Below are positions 18,990 through 28,941 of a DNA stretch of 64,000 bases, one piece after another. The stretch's first letter is position 1. Each line of letters begins with the position of its first letter. The stretch covers positions 41,623 to 105,622 of the IMG/VR virus record IMGVR_UViG_3300033145_001156, one strand, 5' to 3'. Position numbers and translations under genes: made by a program. The stretch comes from a virus. A model generated the notes under the pieces. That model worked only from the letters and a program-made list of their open reading frames with translations, made no database searches and had not been told where the DNA came from.

Positions 18990-20236
18990 AGAAGGTGGCG
19001 TTCCTGACGACGTTCTTCGAGGTCGAGAGCGGGTATTCCCTGGTGGCGGTGACGGAGACCCAGATCAGGATGCTGTTGGACCACGGGTACGAGCCGGTCG
19101 TCCTGGTGCAGGAGGACTTCAAGCCCCACGGGATGTGGGCCCCGGAGATGCTGGACGTGCGCCCCGTGATCCCCAGATTGAAGCTGACGCAGGGGGTCGC
19201 CAAGGACTTCGAGGAACGAGTGAACAGGATACAGGAGGCGCTGGAGGAGAACCTGGAGGGGGTCGACGTCTGCATCACGCAGGACATCATCCTCCAGGCA
19301 TTCTACAAGGAGCACAACGTGGCCATGAGGCGATACGCCAGGCGGCACGAGCTCCTGTGGCTGCACTGGATACACTCGTGCCCGAGCGCGGGGGACCAGG
19401 GGAAGTACCCCGGCAACTGCCGGTTCACCCCTCCCCCGGGCTACATCGTGTACCCCAACTCGTCCGATAAGTCGCTGGTGGTGGGCGCTTACGGGCTAGG
19501 CGGTCAGGAGTGGCGGGTGAAAGTGAGCAGGGCTGGCCACTCGATAGACCCGATGCTGCTGTGGCCCTACGACGAGCTGACGCGGGACCTCGTCTCCAAG
19601 TTCGCTCTCCACCAGGGGGACGTGTCCGTCGTGTACCCCGCCAGGCTGGACAGGGGGAAGCAGCCCGAGAAGATCATACGGCTGCTGGCGGGGGTCAAGA
19701 AGTTGGGCTACACCCCCAGGCTCCTGGTCATCGACTGGCAGTCGATGGGCAAGAGGTTCCAGAAATACATAGACGAGCTGCTGGAGCTGGCCAGGGAGTT
19801 GGGGCTGGAGGGGGAGGTCGCGTTCACGAGCAGGCTGGACGACAGGTGCTCCCAGGGCGTCCCGAGGAGGATCGTCGTCGAGCTGATGGACTTATCCAAC
19901 GTGTACGTCCACCCCTCTAGGGTCGAGACTTACTCGTTCGTCGTGCATGAGGCCATGCTCAGGGGCTGCCTGTGCGTCCTGAACCACGACCTGCCCATGA
20001 TGCGGGAGCTGTACGGGGACGCGGCGATATACATGGACTTCAGCAGCGACAGAATGAGTCGTAAATATCAGCCCGATGAGCAGTCGTTCTGGGACGACGA
20101 GGCCAAGAGGCTGATGGCTGAGTTGGGGCAGAACAGGGCGCTAGCGGCGAGGCAGAAGGCACGGAAGGAGTGGACGCCCCAGGCACTGTGGAAACAATTC
20201 GAGCCCCTGCTTTTCCTAATACCAGTAGGTGAATAA
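18986..20236 (+). CDS. glycosyltransferase, GT-B fold (GT4-like)
   Basis: PARLDRGKQPE, NVYVHPSRVETYSFVVHEAM (E-x7-E), N-terminal KKVAFLT. Confidence 0.85.
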   Translation: MKKVAFLTTFFEVESGYSLVAVTETQIRMLLDHGYEPVVLVQEDFKPHGMWAPEMLDVRPVIPRLKLTQGVAKDFEERVNRIQEALEENLEGVDVCITQDIILQAFYKEHNVAMRRYARRHELLWLHWIHSCPSAGDQGKYPGNCRFTPPPGYIVYPNSSDKSLVVGAYGLGGQEWRVKVSRAGHSIDPMLLWPYDELTRDLVSKFALHQGDVSVVYPARLDRGKQPEKIIRLLAGVKKLGYTPRLLVIDWQSMGKRFQKYIDELLELARELGLEGEVAFTSRLDDRCSQGVPRRIVVELMDLSNVYVHPSRVETYSFVVHEAMLRGCLCVLNHDLPMMRELYGDAAIYMDFSSDRMSRKYQPDEQSFWDDEAKRLMAELGQNRALAARQKARKEWTPQALWKQFEPLLFLIPVGE

Positions 20237-21597
20237 TGAATATCATTGTTACAGGCACTGGTCGGTGCGGTACAGGATTTATGGCCAGGTGGTTATCTAG
20301 TGCTGGTATCAAATGTACTCACGAAGGAGTGTTTAACACTAAGGGTTGGGACTACGCGCTAGAGCAGATACGGTTGCGGTTGGCCAATCCCTATTGGGGC
20401 TGGCAAGCTGATTCATCATGGCTTGCCGCTCCATGGCTAGGGCAACCAGAGCTTAAAGATATGACTGTGATTCATGTTGTGCGTCATCCCAAGCCAACTA
20501 TAGATTCGTTCTTGCGACTAATTTTGTATGCTAACAACCGACCATATTTTGACTGGGCGGCCCAGTTCCTTCCTAGATTGAGGGAACTAAATCCAGTAGA
20601 TAGTATGGTTTACTGGTATATAACTTTGAACGAGATGATAGAACCATATGCCCACTATCGACATATGGTAGAAGATAGTACCATGTCACTAGAACGGTTC
20701 TTAGGCATAGATATAGAACCTGAGAAGCTCTATAATAATACTCTATACAACACTAGGGCTGGTCTTGGCCCATCAAATATTAGACTAGAAGACATCAACT
20801 CAGAGTTAAGAGATAAGCTACTAGCCATGACAGACAAATATGGATACGAATGGGATGATGCTTTTGTACCCGAGACCATAGAGGCTACGTGGTGGGCAGG
20901 ACAATCTATATTACTAGATTCAAGATCAGGCTACCTTGGTGGTTCTTGGCAGTGGCGTGACACTAACGGAAAACCATTAGCCTATGATGGTGATCTCGTT
21001 AAGTTCTTCTATGAACAAACACTCTCAGTGGAACACCCATTCGTAGTAGACGTTGGGGCTAGCACGGGTAGCTTTACCCTGTTACCCTTGTTACATCCAA
21101 CAATGAATGTCTTGGCATTTGAACCTAACCCTATGGCATTTAGTGTGTTAGAGAGCAATATTAAATTGCATAACCTTCAAGATAGAACATCGCTGTGTCA
21201 AATAGCACTATCAGATACTAATGGAACAGGAACACTAAAGGTTCCCGAAGGCAGCACCCATATGGCTATTGGATGTTTGGGATCGCCAAGGCCACGCGGA
21301 CTTGAATGGTATGATGTGCCTGTGGAAATCAAAAGTCTAGATAGCTATAACCTCCCAGTATTAGATTTCCTTAAGATTGATACCGAGGGAAATGAACTGA
21401 ATGTTTTGAAGGGTGGCGAGGTTACAATTAAAAGGTTCTTGCCATCAATATTGCTAGAATATCAAGCACTTAATACTAGACAGTTTGGGTACGAGCCTGA
21501 GAAGATAATTGAGTTGCTAGAAAGCTGGGGTTATGACCATTTTGAACACGTAGGGATAGAGGACATCTATGTTAGTTGCGATCATAACGACTCTTGA
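20236..21597 (+). CDS. fusion of a sulfotransferase-like P-loop domain and an FkbM-family methyltransferase
   Basis: IIVTGTGRCGT, THE, HVVRHP..TIDS; then VDVGASTG, AFEPNP, FLKIDTEGNE. Confidence 0.8.
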   Translation: MNIIVTGTGRCGTGFMARWLSSAGIKCTHEGVFNTKGWDYALEQIRLRLANPYWGWQADSSWLAAPWLGQPELKDMTVIHVVRHPKPTIDSFLRLILYANNRPYFDWAAQFLPRLRELNPVDSMVYWYITLNEMIEPYAHYRHMVEDSTMSLERFLGIDIEPEKLYNNTLYNTRAGLGPSNIRLEDINSELRDKLLAMTDKYGYEWDDAFVPETIEATWWAGQSILLDSRSGYLGGSWQWRDTNGKPLAYDGDLVKFFYEQTLSVEHPFVVDVGASTGSFTLLPLLHPTMNVLAFEPNPMAFSVLESNIKLHNLQDRTSLCQIALSDTNGTGTLKVPEGSTHMAIGCLGSPRPRGLEWYDVPVEIKSLDSYNLPVLDFLKIDTEGNELNVLKGGEVTIKRFLPSILLEYQALNTRQFGYEPEKIIELLESWGYDHFEHVGIEDIYVSCDHNDS

Positions 21598-22741
21598 CAA
21601 CCTGCCCTTGCTGAAGGAGCAGATCCTCGTCCTGCGGAGCGACCCGTTCGTGGACGAGATCGTGGTAGTCAGCAATGGTTCTAATGATGGAACTAATGAA
21701 TGGTTAAAGGAGCAAGATATTATTTCTGTTATTAGGGAGAACGACGGGGCCGGGCCTGGCAGGAACGCTGGTCTTGATATGGCAGGAGAGTTCGACTACG
21801 TGCTCATGCTCGACGGCGGGATCAGGCCGCTGGTGAACGGGACGGGGCACATGCTGGACTACCTGGAGAGGCACCCCGGGGTCGACGTCCTCGGGCTGGA
21901 GGTCCCGCACTTCGAGACCGACAGGGGGAGGGCGTGGCGTAGGTGGCCTAGGCCAATAACTGACGACCAGACGTACAGGCACAGCCATCTAAGCCTCACG
22001 GCGTATTGCCTCTCGCGGGCGCGCGCGTGGGACGGGCTGAGGTTCAGCGAGGAGGGGCCGTTCGGGGAGCCCGGGTGGGGCGTGGACGATGACGAGATGG
22101 CCTGCCAATGGGCCGAGGCGGGGATAGTCCTGTACTCAGTAACTAACATCCACCCCTACAGGCGGGGGTCGGGCAGCTTCAGGAGGCTGTTCCTGGAGAC
22201 GGGCGTCTGGCCGAACCAGTACGGATCGGTATACGAGAAGAGGCTGGTCTGGATGCAGCAGAACTGGCCGCAGTACGGGCGGGGGGTGCAATGGGGAGAA
22301 CCCTGGCTTACCATCGTCGTCAAGGTCGGGGAACTGGAGGGGACGGCCAGGATCATCAAGCGCGCGCACAACATGCTGAGGAGGAGGGCGTTCGGGGAGC
22401 CGTGGGACGCCATCCCGAACCCGTACAGCATCGTGGCGTGGGACCCGACCGAGGAGTTCACGGAGTGGGCCGAGCCGAGGCGGCTGAGGCAGCACCACGG
22501 CGACAGGATCATCGTGGACGGCAGGATCGTCAGGAGGGCGACGGAGAGCGGGGAGGTCTGGACGGGCGACTTCAGGGTGTGGAAAGGAGAAGATTGGAAG
22601 GGGGCTGTGAGGCCCAACGCTCACTACCATGCATTGGTGACCAGTGAGGGAGGGTTGGAGCAGGTGCTGAAGCGATACAGTGAGATTTATCCCAGGCAGG
22701 AGAAGAACGTTTCCCCTGAAGCGAGAGAAGAGGTTGGCTAA
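21569..22741 (+). CDS. glycosyltransferase, GT-A fold (GT2-like) with C-terminal extension
   Basis: EIVVVSNGSNDGT, GPGRNAGL, YVLMLDG, GWGVDDDE. Confidence 0.85.
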   Translation: MLVAIITTLDNLPLLKEQILVLRSDPFVDEIVVVSNGSNDGTNEWLKEQDIISVIRENDGAGPGRNAGLDMAGEFDYVLMLDGGIRPLVNGTGHMLDYLERHPGVDVLGLEVPHFETDRGRAWRRWPRPITDDQTYRHSHLSLTAYCLSRARAWDGLRFSEEGPFGEPGWGVDDDEMACQWAEAGIVLYSVTNIHPYRRGSGSFRRLFLETGVWPNQYGSVYEKRLVWMQQNWPQYGRGVQWGEPWLTIVVKVGELEGTARIIKRAHNMLRRRAFGEPWDAIPNPYSIVAWDPTEEFTEWAEPRRLRQHHGDRIIVDGRIVRRATESGEVWTGDFRVWKGEDWKGAVRPNAHYHALVTSEGGLEQVLKRYSEIYPRQEKNVSPEAREEVG

Positions 22742-25700
22742 GAAGCATTTTCTGGCAGGGAGTTCAGGAGCATCCTCTAAATTTGAGTGGAATGAAGAAT
22801 GGCGTGAAATCTCAGCCAGGCGTACTCGCACGTCTAAGACAAAACACCTTCATATCAATGGAAGTCCTACTGGGAAATATGGTTGGCATGGAACCATTGG
22901 TTCAATTCACTATCAGGACGAACAAGGCGATTGGCAAGAGATTGATGCAACGTTACGGCGCATCAATAACCCCCAGCTTGATGGCTGGCTAGTTACCCAA
23001 AACGGCTGGCACTTTGCCCTGGGTAAGCCAGGTGATAAAGACGATGATGGTTGGATAGGCTTCGGTGGTAGACAGGGGGCCAACTGGCTGAAATTCCGTT
23101 TGGATAAAGTCGGCTATCTTCATTGGCCGACTAGAGACTGGCAGGATATTGGCGGTGGTCCAACCCACGACCGTGGCAAGCTCACCCAGCATACTAATAC
23201 CATGACAATCGGGCCAGAAGGAGCCGAGTCCAGTGTCAAAACCACGGGTTATGCTGAATGGACTGACCTTTGGCAAACACCAGACAATGGCGCTATTTCA
23301 GTCAAATGGCGAGTGGACGGAGAAAAGCTCAAAGAGGCTGTTACCGTTAGCCAGACGGCAAGAGAGTGGATTACAAAAAACAGACCTCCTGACACAACCC
23401 CAAGTGAAACTTACTTCGGCTTTGTCTATGAGCTTGATGTAAGCGACATCCCTAAATGGGTTAAGGGCGGTGTTTTACAAGACATTGATGCTGACTTTGA
23501 TGACGATAATAGCACAGCCAGGGTTGAACTACGCGACGCTATGGATAGGCTATTGGCCTTTCTGCCCGTCTCCTACGCTTATAGCCAAGAAGATGAACGT
23601 GGTTACCGAGAGCGCGTTGCCTTGCGCAAGCGGTTCTGGAAAGCTCCTAATGGCAAGCACTACCTCTTGGTAGGTGCGCTCGTTCCTAACTTGGCGAATC
23701 TGCCTGCTGGCGACATCATCTTCGACCCTAGCCCCTACTCAAGTGACGACCCGACAGAGGATGGATTCATTAAATATGAAAGTGGGCCAACCTATACTAG
23801 AGATAATACAGCTGATTATCTTAGATTTGGTGGTTATGGTGAATATACCATGTTTCCAACATGGTATTTTGACTACCGTGCTTATGTTGAGTGGAATATA
23901 ACTGCTCTAGCTGGAGCTACTCTGACGACGAATCCGACATTCAAGTATCAAGGAACGTTTGATAGGACCCTTAATGAAGAGATAAACCCGATTTCAAGTC
24001 AGCCAAGTGAAGCGGAAGATGCAGACCTATACGCTGACATTGCAAGTGGTACAGCTTATGTGGACCCTTGGAACTTTGCTGTTGGCACAGGGCAAGAAGA
24101 TGATTTGGGTTCTTCGGCCAAAACAGACCTCCAAAATGCTATTGATGCTTCACAGTCATGGTTCGCAATTGGTTTACAGGACCCGGTTGCCGAGGGAACG
24201 GGCGATGATGACCTTTCGAGTCGACTTTACTCCGAGAATAAGGACCCCGCCGCCGATCCGCCGCCAACGCTGTATGTAGAGTATGAAGAAGGTTCTTCAT
24301 CATCTTCATCGAGTTCTAGCTCTAGTACCTCCTCAAGCAGCACATCATCAAGTTCTACGTCAAGCTCATCTACCAGCTCAAGCTCTACTTCGTCCTCAAG
24401 CACCAGCTCATCCTCAACTTCGAGTTCCAGCACGAGTAGTAGCATCTCATCATCATCAACGTCGAGTTCTTCTACGTCATCCAGTTCGACATCCAGCAGC
24501 TCAACTTCTTCAAGCTCAACGAGCAGCTCAAGCACGTCTTCAAGTTCAACATCATCGTCAACATCAAGTAGTTCAACTTCTAGCTCTTCGACATCAAGCT
24601 CATCTACGAGCAGCAGCTCTACATCGTCTAGCAGCACGTCCAGTTCATCCACAAGTTCAAGCACGAGTTCATCTTCAACATCCAGCAGCAGTACCTCATC
24701 TTCCAGCACGTCTAGTTCATCAACGAGCTCTTCATCAACATCATCATCAAGCATATCTAGTAGTAGCACTTCGTCAAGCTCTACATCTTCTTCTAGCACA
24801 AGTTCAAGTTCTACATCCAGTTCAAGTACCAGCTCGACGTCATCGAGCACCAGTTCTTCCTCGACGAGCAGCAGTAGTATTAGCTCAAGTAGCACGTCCA
24901 GTTCAAGTACGTCTAGCAGTTCCACGTCTTCTTCGTCAACGAGTTCCACCTCGTCAAGTTCTACTTCTTCGAGTAGCAGCACTTCTTCGTCATCGACCAG
25001 CAGCAGTTCGACATCAAGTAGTTCCACCAGCTCGTCGTCCACGTCCAGCAGCACTTCGAGTTCGTCAACCAGTTCATCCAGCACGTCCAGCTCATCTACG
25101 TCGAGTAGCTCAACGAGCACCTCAAGCAGCAGCACATCCAGCTCATCGACAAGCTCTTCGACGAGTAGCAGCTCAACCTCCTCATCGTCAACGAGTTCTA
25201 GTTCAACCTCGTCGAGTTCCACGAGTTCGTCAACATCGAGCAGCAGCACTTCCTCAAGTTCCACATCTTCTTCGTCGACTAGCTCAAGCAGCACGTCTTC
25301 GAGTTCGACTTCGTCTAGTTCCACTTCGAGCACGAGTAGCAGCTCGACATCGTCTTCGAGCACGTCAAGTTCCTCGACAAGCTCAAGCTCCACGTCTAGC
25401 AGCAGCACTTCAAGCAGTTCTACATCAAGCACGAGTTCGAGCAGCACCTCGTCATCATCGACGAGTTCATCTTCAACCAGCAGCAGCACTTCGTCAAGCT
25501 CCACGTCCAGCTCTTCAACGTCATCCTCATCGACTTCAAGTTCCAGTACTTCATCATCCTCAACGTCCTCTAGCTCTACCAGTAGTACGAGTTCAAGCAG
25601 CACGTCGTCTACTTCGAGTAGTAGCACTTCCAGTTCCAGCACAAGCTCATCTTCGACGTCTAGCAGCTCTACTTCCTCTAGTTCTACATCGAGCAGCAGT

Positions 25701-26273
25701 ACATCTAGTAGTTCCACGTCGTCATCATCTACCAGCTCGTCTACAAGTTCCAGCAGCACATCGTCTAGCAGCACGAGTTCATCTTCCACATCAAGCAGCA
25801 CATCGTCGTCCTCTACGTCATCTAGCAGCACTTCCAGTTCGTCAACGAGTAGCACATCAAGCTCAAGTACAAGCAGTAGTTCAACAAGTTCAAGCAGTAC
25901 TTCATCATCTTCAACTTCCAGCTCCAGCACAAGTTCATCCTCCACGAGTAGCAGTTCCACATCATCAAGTACTTCGTCAAGTTCGACTTCAAGCGGCACG
26001 AGTTCATCTAGCACCAGTTCGTCATCCACCAGCATAAGCAGTTCAAGCTCAAGTTCGTCGTCGTCGTCAAGCAGTTCGAGCTCCTCGTACTCGGTGCCGC
26101 CGATGGAGTGCACGGCGCTGGATGTGGTGTGCGGCGCAACGACGATAACGGCGGTTGACGGTTGCGAGGGACCGATCACGACATGCATGTGCAGCGCAAC
26201 GGCGGTTGACGGTTGTGAGGGACCGATCGTGACATGCGCGTCCGGCGAGATAGAGGTAGAAGTATACGAGTAA
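22734..26273 (+). CDS. large putative virion protein: N-terminal beta-rich globular domains, ~598-aa Ser/Thr (SSSST)n tract, Cys-rich C-terminus
   Basis: Uninterrupted ORF; TTG start after GAAGAGG; IHYQD..GDWQEID..L and IIFDP motifs like WapA/RHS N-termini, followed by a DNRLRE-like segment. Confidence 0.85.
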   Translation: MAKKHFLAGSSGASSKFEWNEEWREISARRTRTSKTKHLHINGSPTGKYGWHGTIGSIHYQDEQGDWQEIDATLRRINNPQLDGWLVTQNGWHFALGKPGDKDDDGWIGFGGRQGANWLKFRLDKVGYLHWPTRDWQDIGGGPTHDRGKLTQHTNTMTIGPEGAESSVKTTGYAEWTDLWQTPDNGAISVKWRVDGEKLKEAVTVSQTAREWITKNRPPDTTPSETYFGFVYELDVSDIPKWVKGGVLQDIDADFDDDNSTARVELRDAMDRLLAFLPVSYAYSQEDERGYRERVALRKRFWKAPNGKHYLLVGALVPNLANLPAGDIIFDPSPYSSDDPTEDGFIKYESGPTYTRDNTADYLRFGGYGEYTMFPTWYFDYRAYVEWNITALAGATLTTNPTFKYQGTFDRTLNEEINPISSQPSEAEDADLYADIASGTAYVDPWNFAVGTGQEDDLGSSAKTDLQNAIDASQSWFAIGLQDPVAEGTGDDDLSSRLYSENKDPAADPPPTLYVEYEEGSSSSSSSSSSSTSSSSTSSSSTSSSSTSSSSTSSSSTSSSSTSSSSTSSSISSSSTSSSSTSSSSTSSSSTSSSSTSSSSTSSSSTSSSTSSSSTSSSSTSSSSTSSSSTSSSSTSSSSTSSSTSSSSTSSSSTSSSSTSSSSTSSSSTSSSSISSSSTSSSSTSSSSTSSSSTSSSSTSSTSSSTSSSSTSSSSISSSSTSSSSTSSSSTSSSSTSSTSSSSTSSSSSTSSSSTSSSSTSSSSTSSSSTSSSTSSSSTSSSSTSSSSTSSSSTSTSSSSTSSSSTSSSTSSSSTSSSSTSSSSTSSSSTSSSTSSSSTSSSSTSSSSTSSSSTSSSSTSSSSTSSTSSSSTSSSSTSSSSTSSSSTSSSSTSSSSTSSTSSSSTSSSSTSSSSTSSSTSSSSTSSSSTSSSSTSSSSTSSSSTSSSSTSSTSSSSTSSTSSSSTSSSSTSSSSTSSSSTSSSSTSSSSTSSSSTSSSSTSSSTSSSSTSSSSTSSSSTSSSTSSSSTSSSSTSSSSTSSTSSSSTSSSSTSSSSTSSSSTSSSSTSSSSTSSSSTSSSTSSSSTSSGTSSSSTSSSSTSISSSSSSSSSSSSSSSSSYSVPPMECTALDVVCGATTITAVDGCEGPITTCMCSATAVDGCEGPIVTCASGEIEVEVYE
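24294..26087 (+). repeat. low-complexity Ser/Thr pentapeptide repeat, codon-diversified
   Basis: 598 codons almost all Ser/Thr; all six Ser codons used, so not a perfect DNA tandem repeat. Confidence 0.95.
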
Positions 26274-26283
26274 AGGAGGTACG

Positions 26284-26568
26284 GTGGCGCAATACAGTGT
26301 AGGGGATTTGGTGAATTGCAGGGCCACGTTCACCGAGGGCGGGGTCGACGTGGACCCGATGACCATCGAGATGCACGTCCGGGTGCCGGACGGGACGGTG
26401 GACATCTACACACATGCTGGCGGGACCGTCACCCGGACAGCGGTGGGGGTCTACGAGTCAGAGTTCGAGGTCACCCAGTTCGGTGTCTACCACTACAAGT
26501 GGGTGTCGACCGGACCGGGTCAGGCCGCCGCCGAGATGGGGTTCCAGACGTTCTACACATCGTTCTGA
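26284..26568 (+). CDS. small beta-sandwich-like putative virion protein
   Basis: AAGGAGG RBS; VTRTAVGVY...GVYHYKW pattern. Confidence 0.6.
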   Translation: MAQYSVGDLVNCRATFTEGGVDVDPMTIEMHVRVPDGTVDIYTHAGGTVTRTAVGVYESEFEVTQFGVYHYKWVSTGPGQAAAEMGFQTFYTSF

Positions 26569-26582
26569 GGAGACGGGCGGGT

Positions 26583-26612
26583 TTGCCATCGTCGGCGTAG
26601 GTGTGGTATAAT
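26583..26612 (+). promoter_or_regulatory. sigma70-type promoter upstream of portal
   Basis: TTGCCA, 18 nt, extended -10 TGgTATAAT. Confidence 0.65.
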
Positions 26613-26623
26613 AGGGGAACGAG

Positions 26624-28198
26624 GTGATCATGGGGATCAGGGAGAAGTTGGCTGGCAGGATAGCGCCGGACCTAGTGGCGACGATAGGTACGCAGTCAGA
26701 ACTATTGGAGTCGCAGGGCCAGCAGATAGAGTGGCTGGCGAGAGAAGCAGCTAGAAACAGCAAGTTGCGTGAGCGATTAGCAAGCTGGGAGCTCTTTGAA
26801 GAAGATATTGGGTGGGAGAGGCTGGGGCCCAGCGGCGACCTAGACATGCCGGAGAGCACGAGGCAGTTCAAGGTGAGGCGGTCGCGGATCCTCTACAGGA
26901 GCGACCCGAACGCGCTGAGGATCGTCCAGCTCTACACCGACTACGTGGTGGGGGACGGGCTGTCGATCAAGGCCGCGAACGAGGACGTCCAGGTGATAGT
27001 GGACTTGTTCCTGGGCGACAGGAAGAACAAGAAGCTGTTCAGCTCGCAGGGGCAGCGGGGATTCTCCAACAGGCTGCTGGTGGACGGGGAGACGTTCCCC
27101 GTCTACTTCCGCCCGACGGGGAAGAAGCGGGACGGTATCATCAAGGTCAGGCGGGTGTCCTCCCTGCAGATCGTCGAGATACTGACCGACCCGGAGGACG
27201 AGCTGACCCCGCTGTGGTACCTGAGGCAGTGGAACGAGGGGGCCGAGACCAAGCACCTGTGGTACGCCGACAGGGACGCCACGGGCGAGGACTTGAAGAA
27301 GGTCGAAGAGTTCAGGGGGTACGAGCAGTCCGGCCTGAATGTGAGGATGTCGCAGGTGGTGTTCCACGCGCTGGGGACGAGGGGGCAGGGCTTGCTGTTC
27401 ACCATCCTGGACTGGCTGAACGAGTTCAAGCTGTTCATGGAGAGGCGGGCGACCATCATGGCCGCGCTGGCCCTGTTCGCGTGGAAGACGAAGACGACCG
27501 GGACCCCCAAGGAGGCCGAGCTGCTGAAGGCCATGTGGGGCACGGAGATAGACGACGTGAGGATGCCGCCCGCCTTCGCGGGGGCGAGGCTGATAGAGAC
27601 CGAGGGGGCGGACACCGTCCCGATCAAGACTGACACCGGGGCGTCCGCCGCGCAGGTGGACGGCACGATGCTGTTCCAGCAGATATGCGTGGGGTCGGGG
27701 ATACCCCCGCACATGCTCGCGCGCGGGGAGTACTGGAGGATGGCGACGGCCACCGCCCTCGACTGGACGCTGGAGAGGCAGTTCAAGGCGTACCAGTCCC
27801 TGCTGAGGGGATACTACAACGACGCAGTGCGCTACCAGCTGGAGTTCTCCGCCAACGCAGGCGCGAAGATGCCGAAGGACGAGGCCGAGTGGGCGCTCGA
27901 CCTGGACTTCCCGCCGCTGACCAGGGAGAAGACGAAGGACATGCTGGAGGCGCTGGCGATAGGCAGCGAGCTGGGGGTCCCCGCCGACGAGATCCTGTAC
28001 AAGGCGCTGGTGGCGCTGGGGGTCGACAACCCGTCCGACATCGTGCAGCAGATGGAGAAGGGCGAGGTGGAAGAGGCCGAGGCCGCCATCGCGGGGTCGA
28101 TCGAGGGCCGCGAGGAGGAGATCATCGAGTCGCTGACGCACTTCGCCAGGATGCTGAGGGACGACAGCATGATGGAGGCGTCCCTGGAGGAAGATTAG
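26624..28198 (+). CDS. portal protein
   Basis: 524 aa; RIVQLYTDYVVGDG, LLVDGETF, GSGIPPHML, LDFPP; position in head module. Confidence 0.85.
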   Translation: MIMGIREKLAGRIAPDLVATIGTQSELLESQGQQIEWLAREAARNSKLRERLASWELFEEDIGWERLGPSGDLDMPESTRQFKVRRSRILYRSDPNALRIVQLYTDYVVGDGLSIKAANEDVQVIVDLFLGDRKNKKLFSSQGQRGFSNRLLVDGETFPVYFRPTGKKRDGIIKVRRVSSLQIVEILTDPEDELTPLWYLRQWNEGAETKHLWYADRDATGEDLKKVEEFRGYEQSGLNVRMSQVVFHALGTRGQGLLFTILDWLNEFKLFMERRATIMAALALFAWKTKTTGTPKEAELLKAMWGTEIDDVRMPPAFAGARLIETEGADTVPIKTDTGASAAQVDGTMLFQQICVGSGIPPHMLARGEYWRMATATALDWTLERQFKAYQSLLRGYYNDAVRYQLEFSANAGAKMPKDEAEWALDLDFPPLTREKTKDMLEALAIGSELGVPADEILYKALVALGVDNPSDIVQQMEKGEVEEAEAAIAGSIEGREEEIIESLTHFARMLRDDSMMEASLEED

Positions 28199-28403
28199 AT
28201 GATCGGCTACATCCCGTGTTACGACAAGATGAGTGACGATGCGGTGGTCGAGAAATATCTCAGGGTCGATACCGACAAACTATGGGCCGGGATGACTGAT
28301 GATGAGTTCTGGGCTACGACGAGATGGGTGCTGCCAGGACTTTGCGCAAAGCGCAAGAAAAGAGATTTAGGTGGCCTTACGAGCTGCCGGAAAGGGACGG
28401 GGG

Positions 28404-28940
28404 ATGACTTGCATCATTGGGTTGGCTGAAGGCGGCAAGGTGTGGATCGGGGGCGATTCTGCCAGCAGTGATGGTAGTTGGATAGTCAGGGCCACCGCGA
28501 TCGAGAAGGTGTTCCAGTGCCCACCGTTCCTCCTTGGGTGTGAGACGTCGTTTCGGATGATGCAGATCCTGCGCTATCATCTCGGGGATCTGCCTGAACA
28601 AGGTGAGTCAAATACCACAGCGTATATGGTCAAGACGTTCGTGGAGCGCATCAGACGGATATTCAAGGAGCACGGTTTCGCCAAAATTGAGGACAGCAAG
28701 GAAGAGGGCGGCCAGTTCTTCGTGGGGTATAACGGTTGGTTATACCTGATCGGCTCCGACTTCCAGGTCAACAGCTACCGGGACGGGCTGGACGCGATAG
28801 GGAGTGGGGCAAACCTCGCGCTGGGGGCCATGAAGGCGTTGGACTTTCTGCCGCCGAGGGAGCGCGTCGAGAGGGCATTGGAGGTCGCGGCGTACTTCAG
28901 CGGGGGCGTGATGCCGCCGTTCACAGTATTGGAGGGATAG
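28404..28940 (+). CDS. Ntn-hydrolase, HslV/proteasome-beta-like peptidase
   Basis: N-terminal MTCIIG, GGDS, EKVF, AIGSG..ALGAM motifs. Confidence 0.75.
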   Translation: MTCIIGLAEGGKVWIGGDSASSDGSWIVRATAIEKVFQCPPFLLGCETSFRMMQILRYHLGDLPEQGESNTTAYMVKTFVERIRRIFKEHGFAKIEDSKEEGGQFFVGYNGWLYLIGSDFQVNSYRDGLDAIGSGANLALGAMKALDFLPPRERVERALEVAAYFSGGVMPPFTVLEG

Positions 28941-28941
28941 A

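Noticed and set aside
18986-22741. Glycosyltransferases as DNA hypermodification enzymes
   Set aside because: Disfavoured rather than excluded: they lie among late structural genes beside a Ser/Thr-rich protein, and no hydroxymethylase or TET/JBP-like gene is visible in the window
24227-26188. Long overlapping ORFs across the Ser/Thr tract (653 aa on minus strand; 584 aa in another plus frame)
   Set aside because: With only TCN, AGY and ACN codons, these shifted frames always begin codons with C or G, so stops are impossible; they are forced shadows
26840-28141. Long minus-strand ORFs opposite portal, TMP, terL and others
   Set aside because: Antisense shadows of GC3-rich genes; no RBS or recognisable motifs
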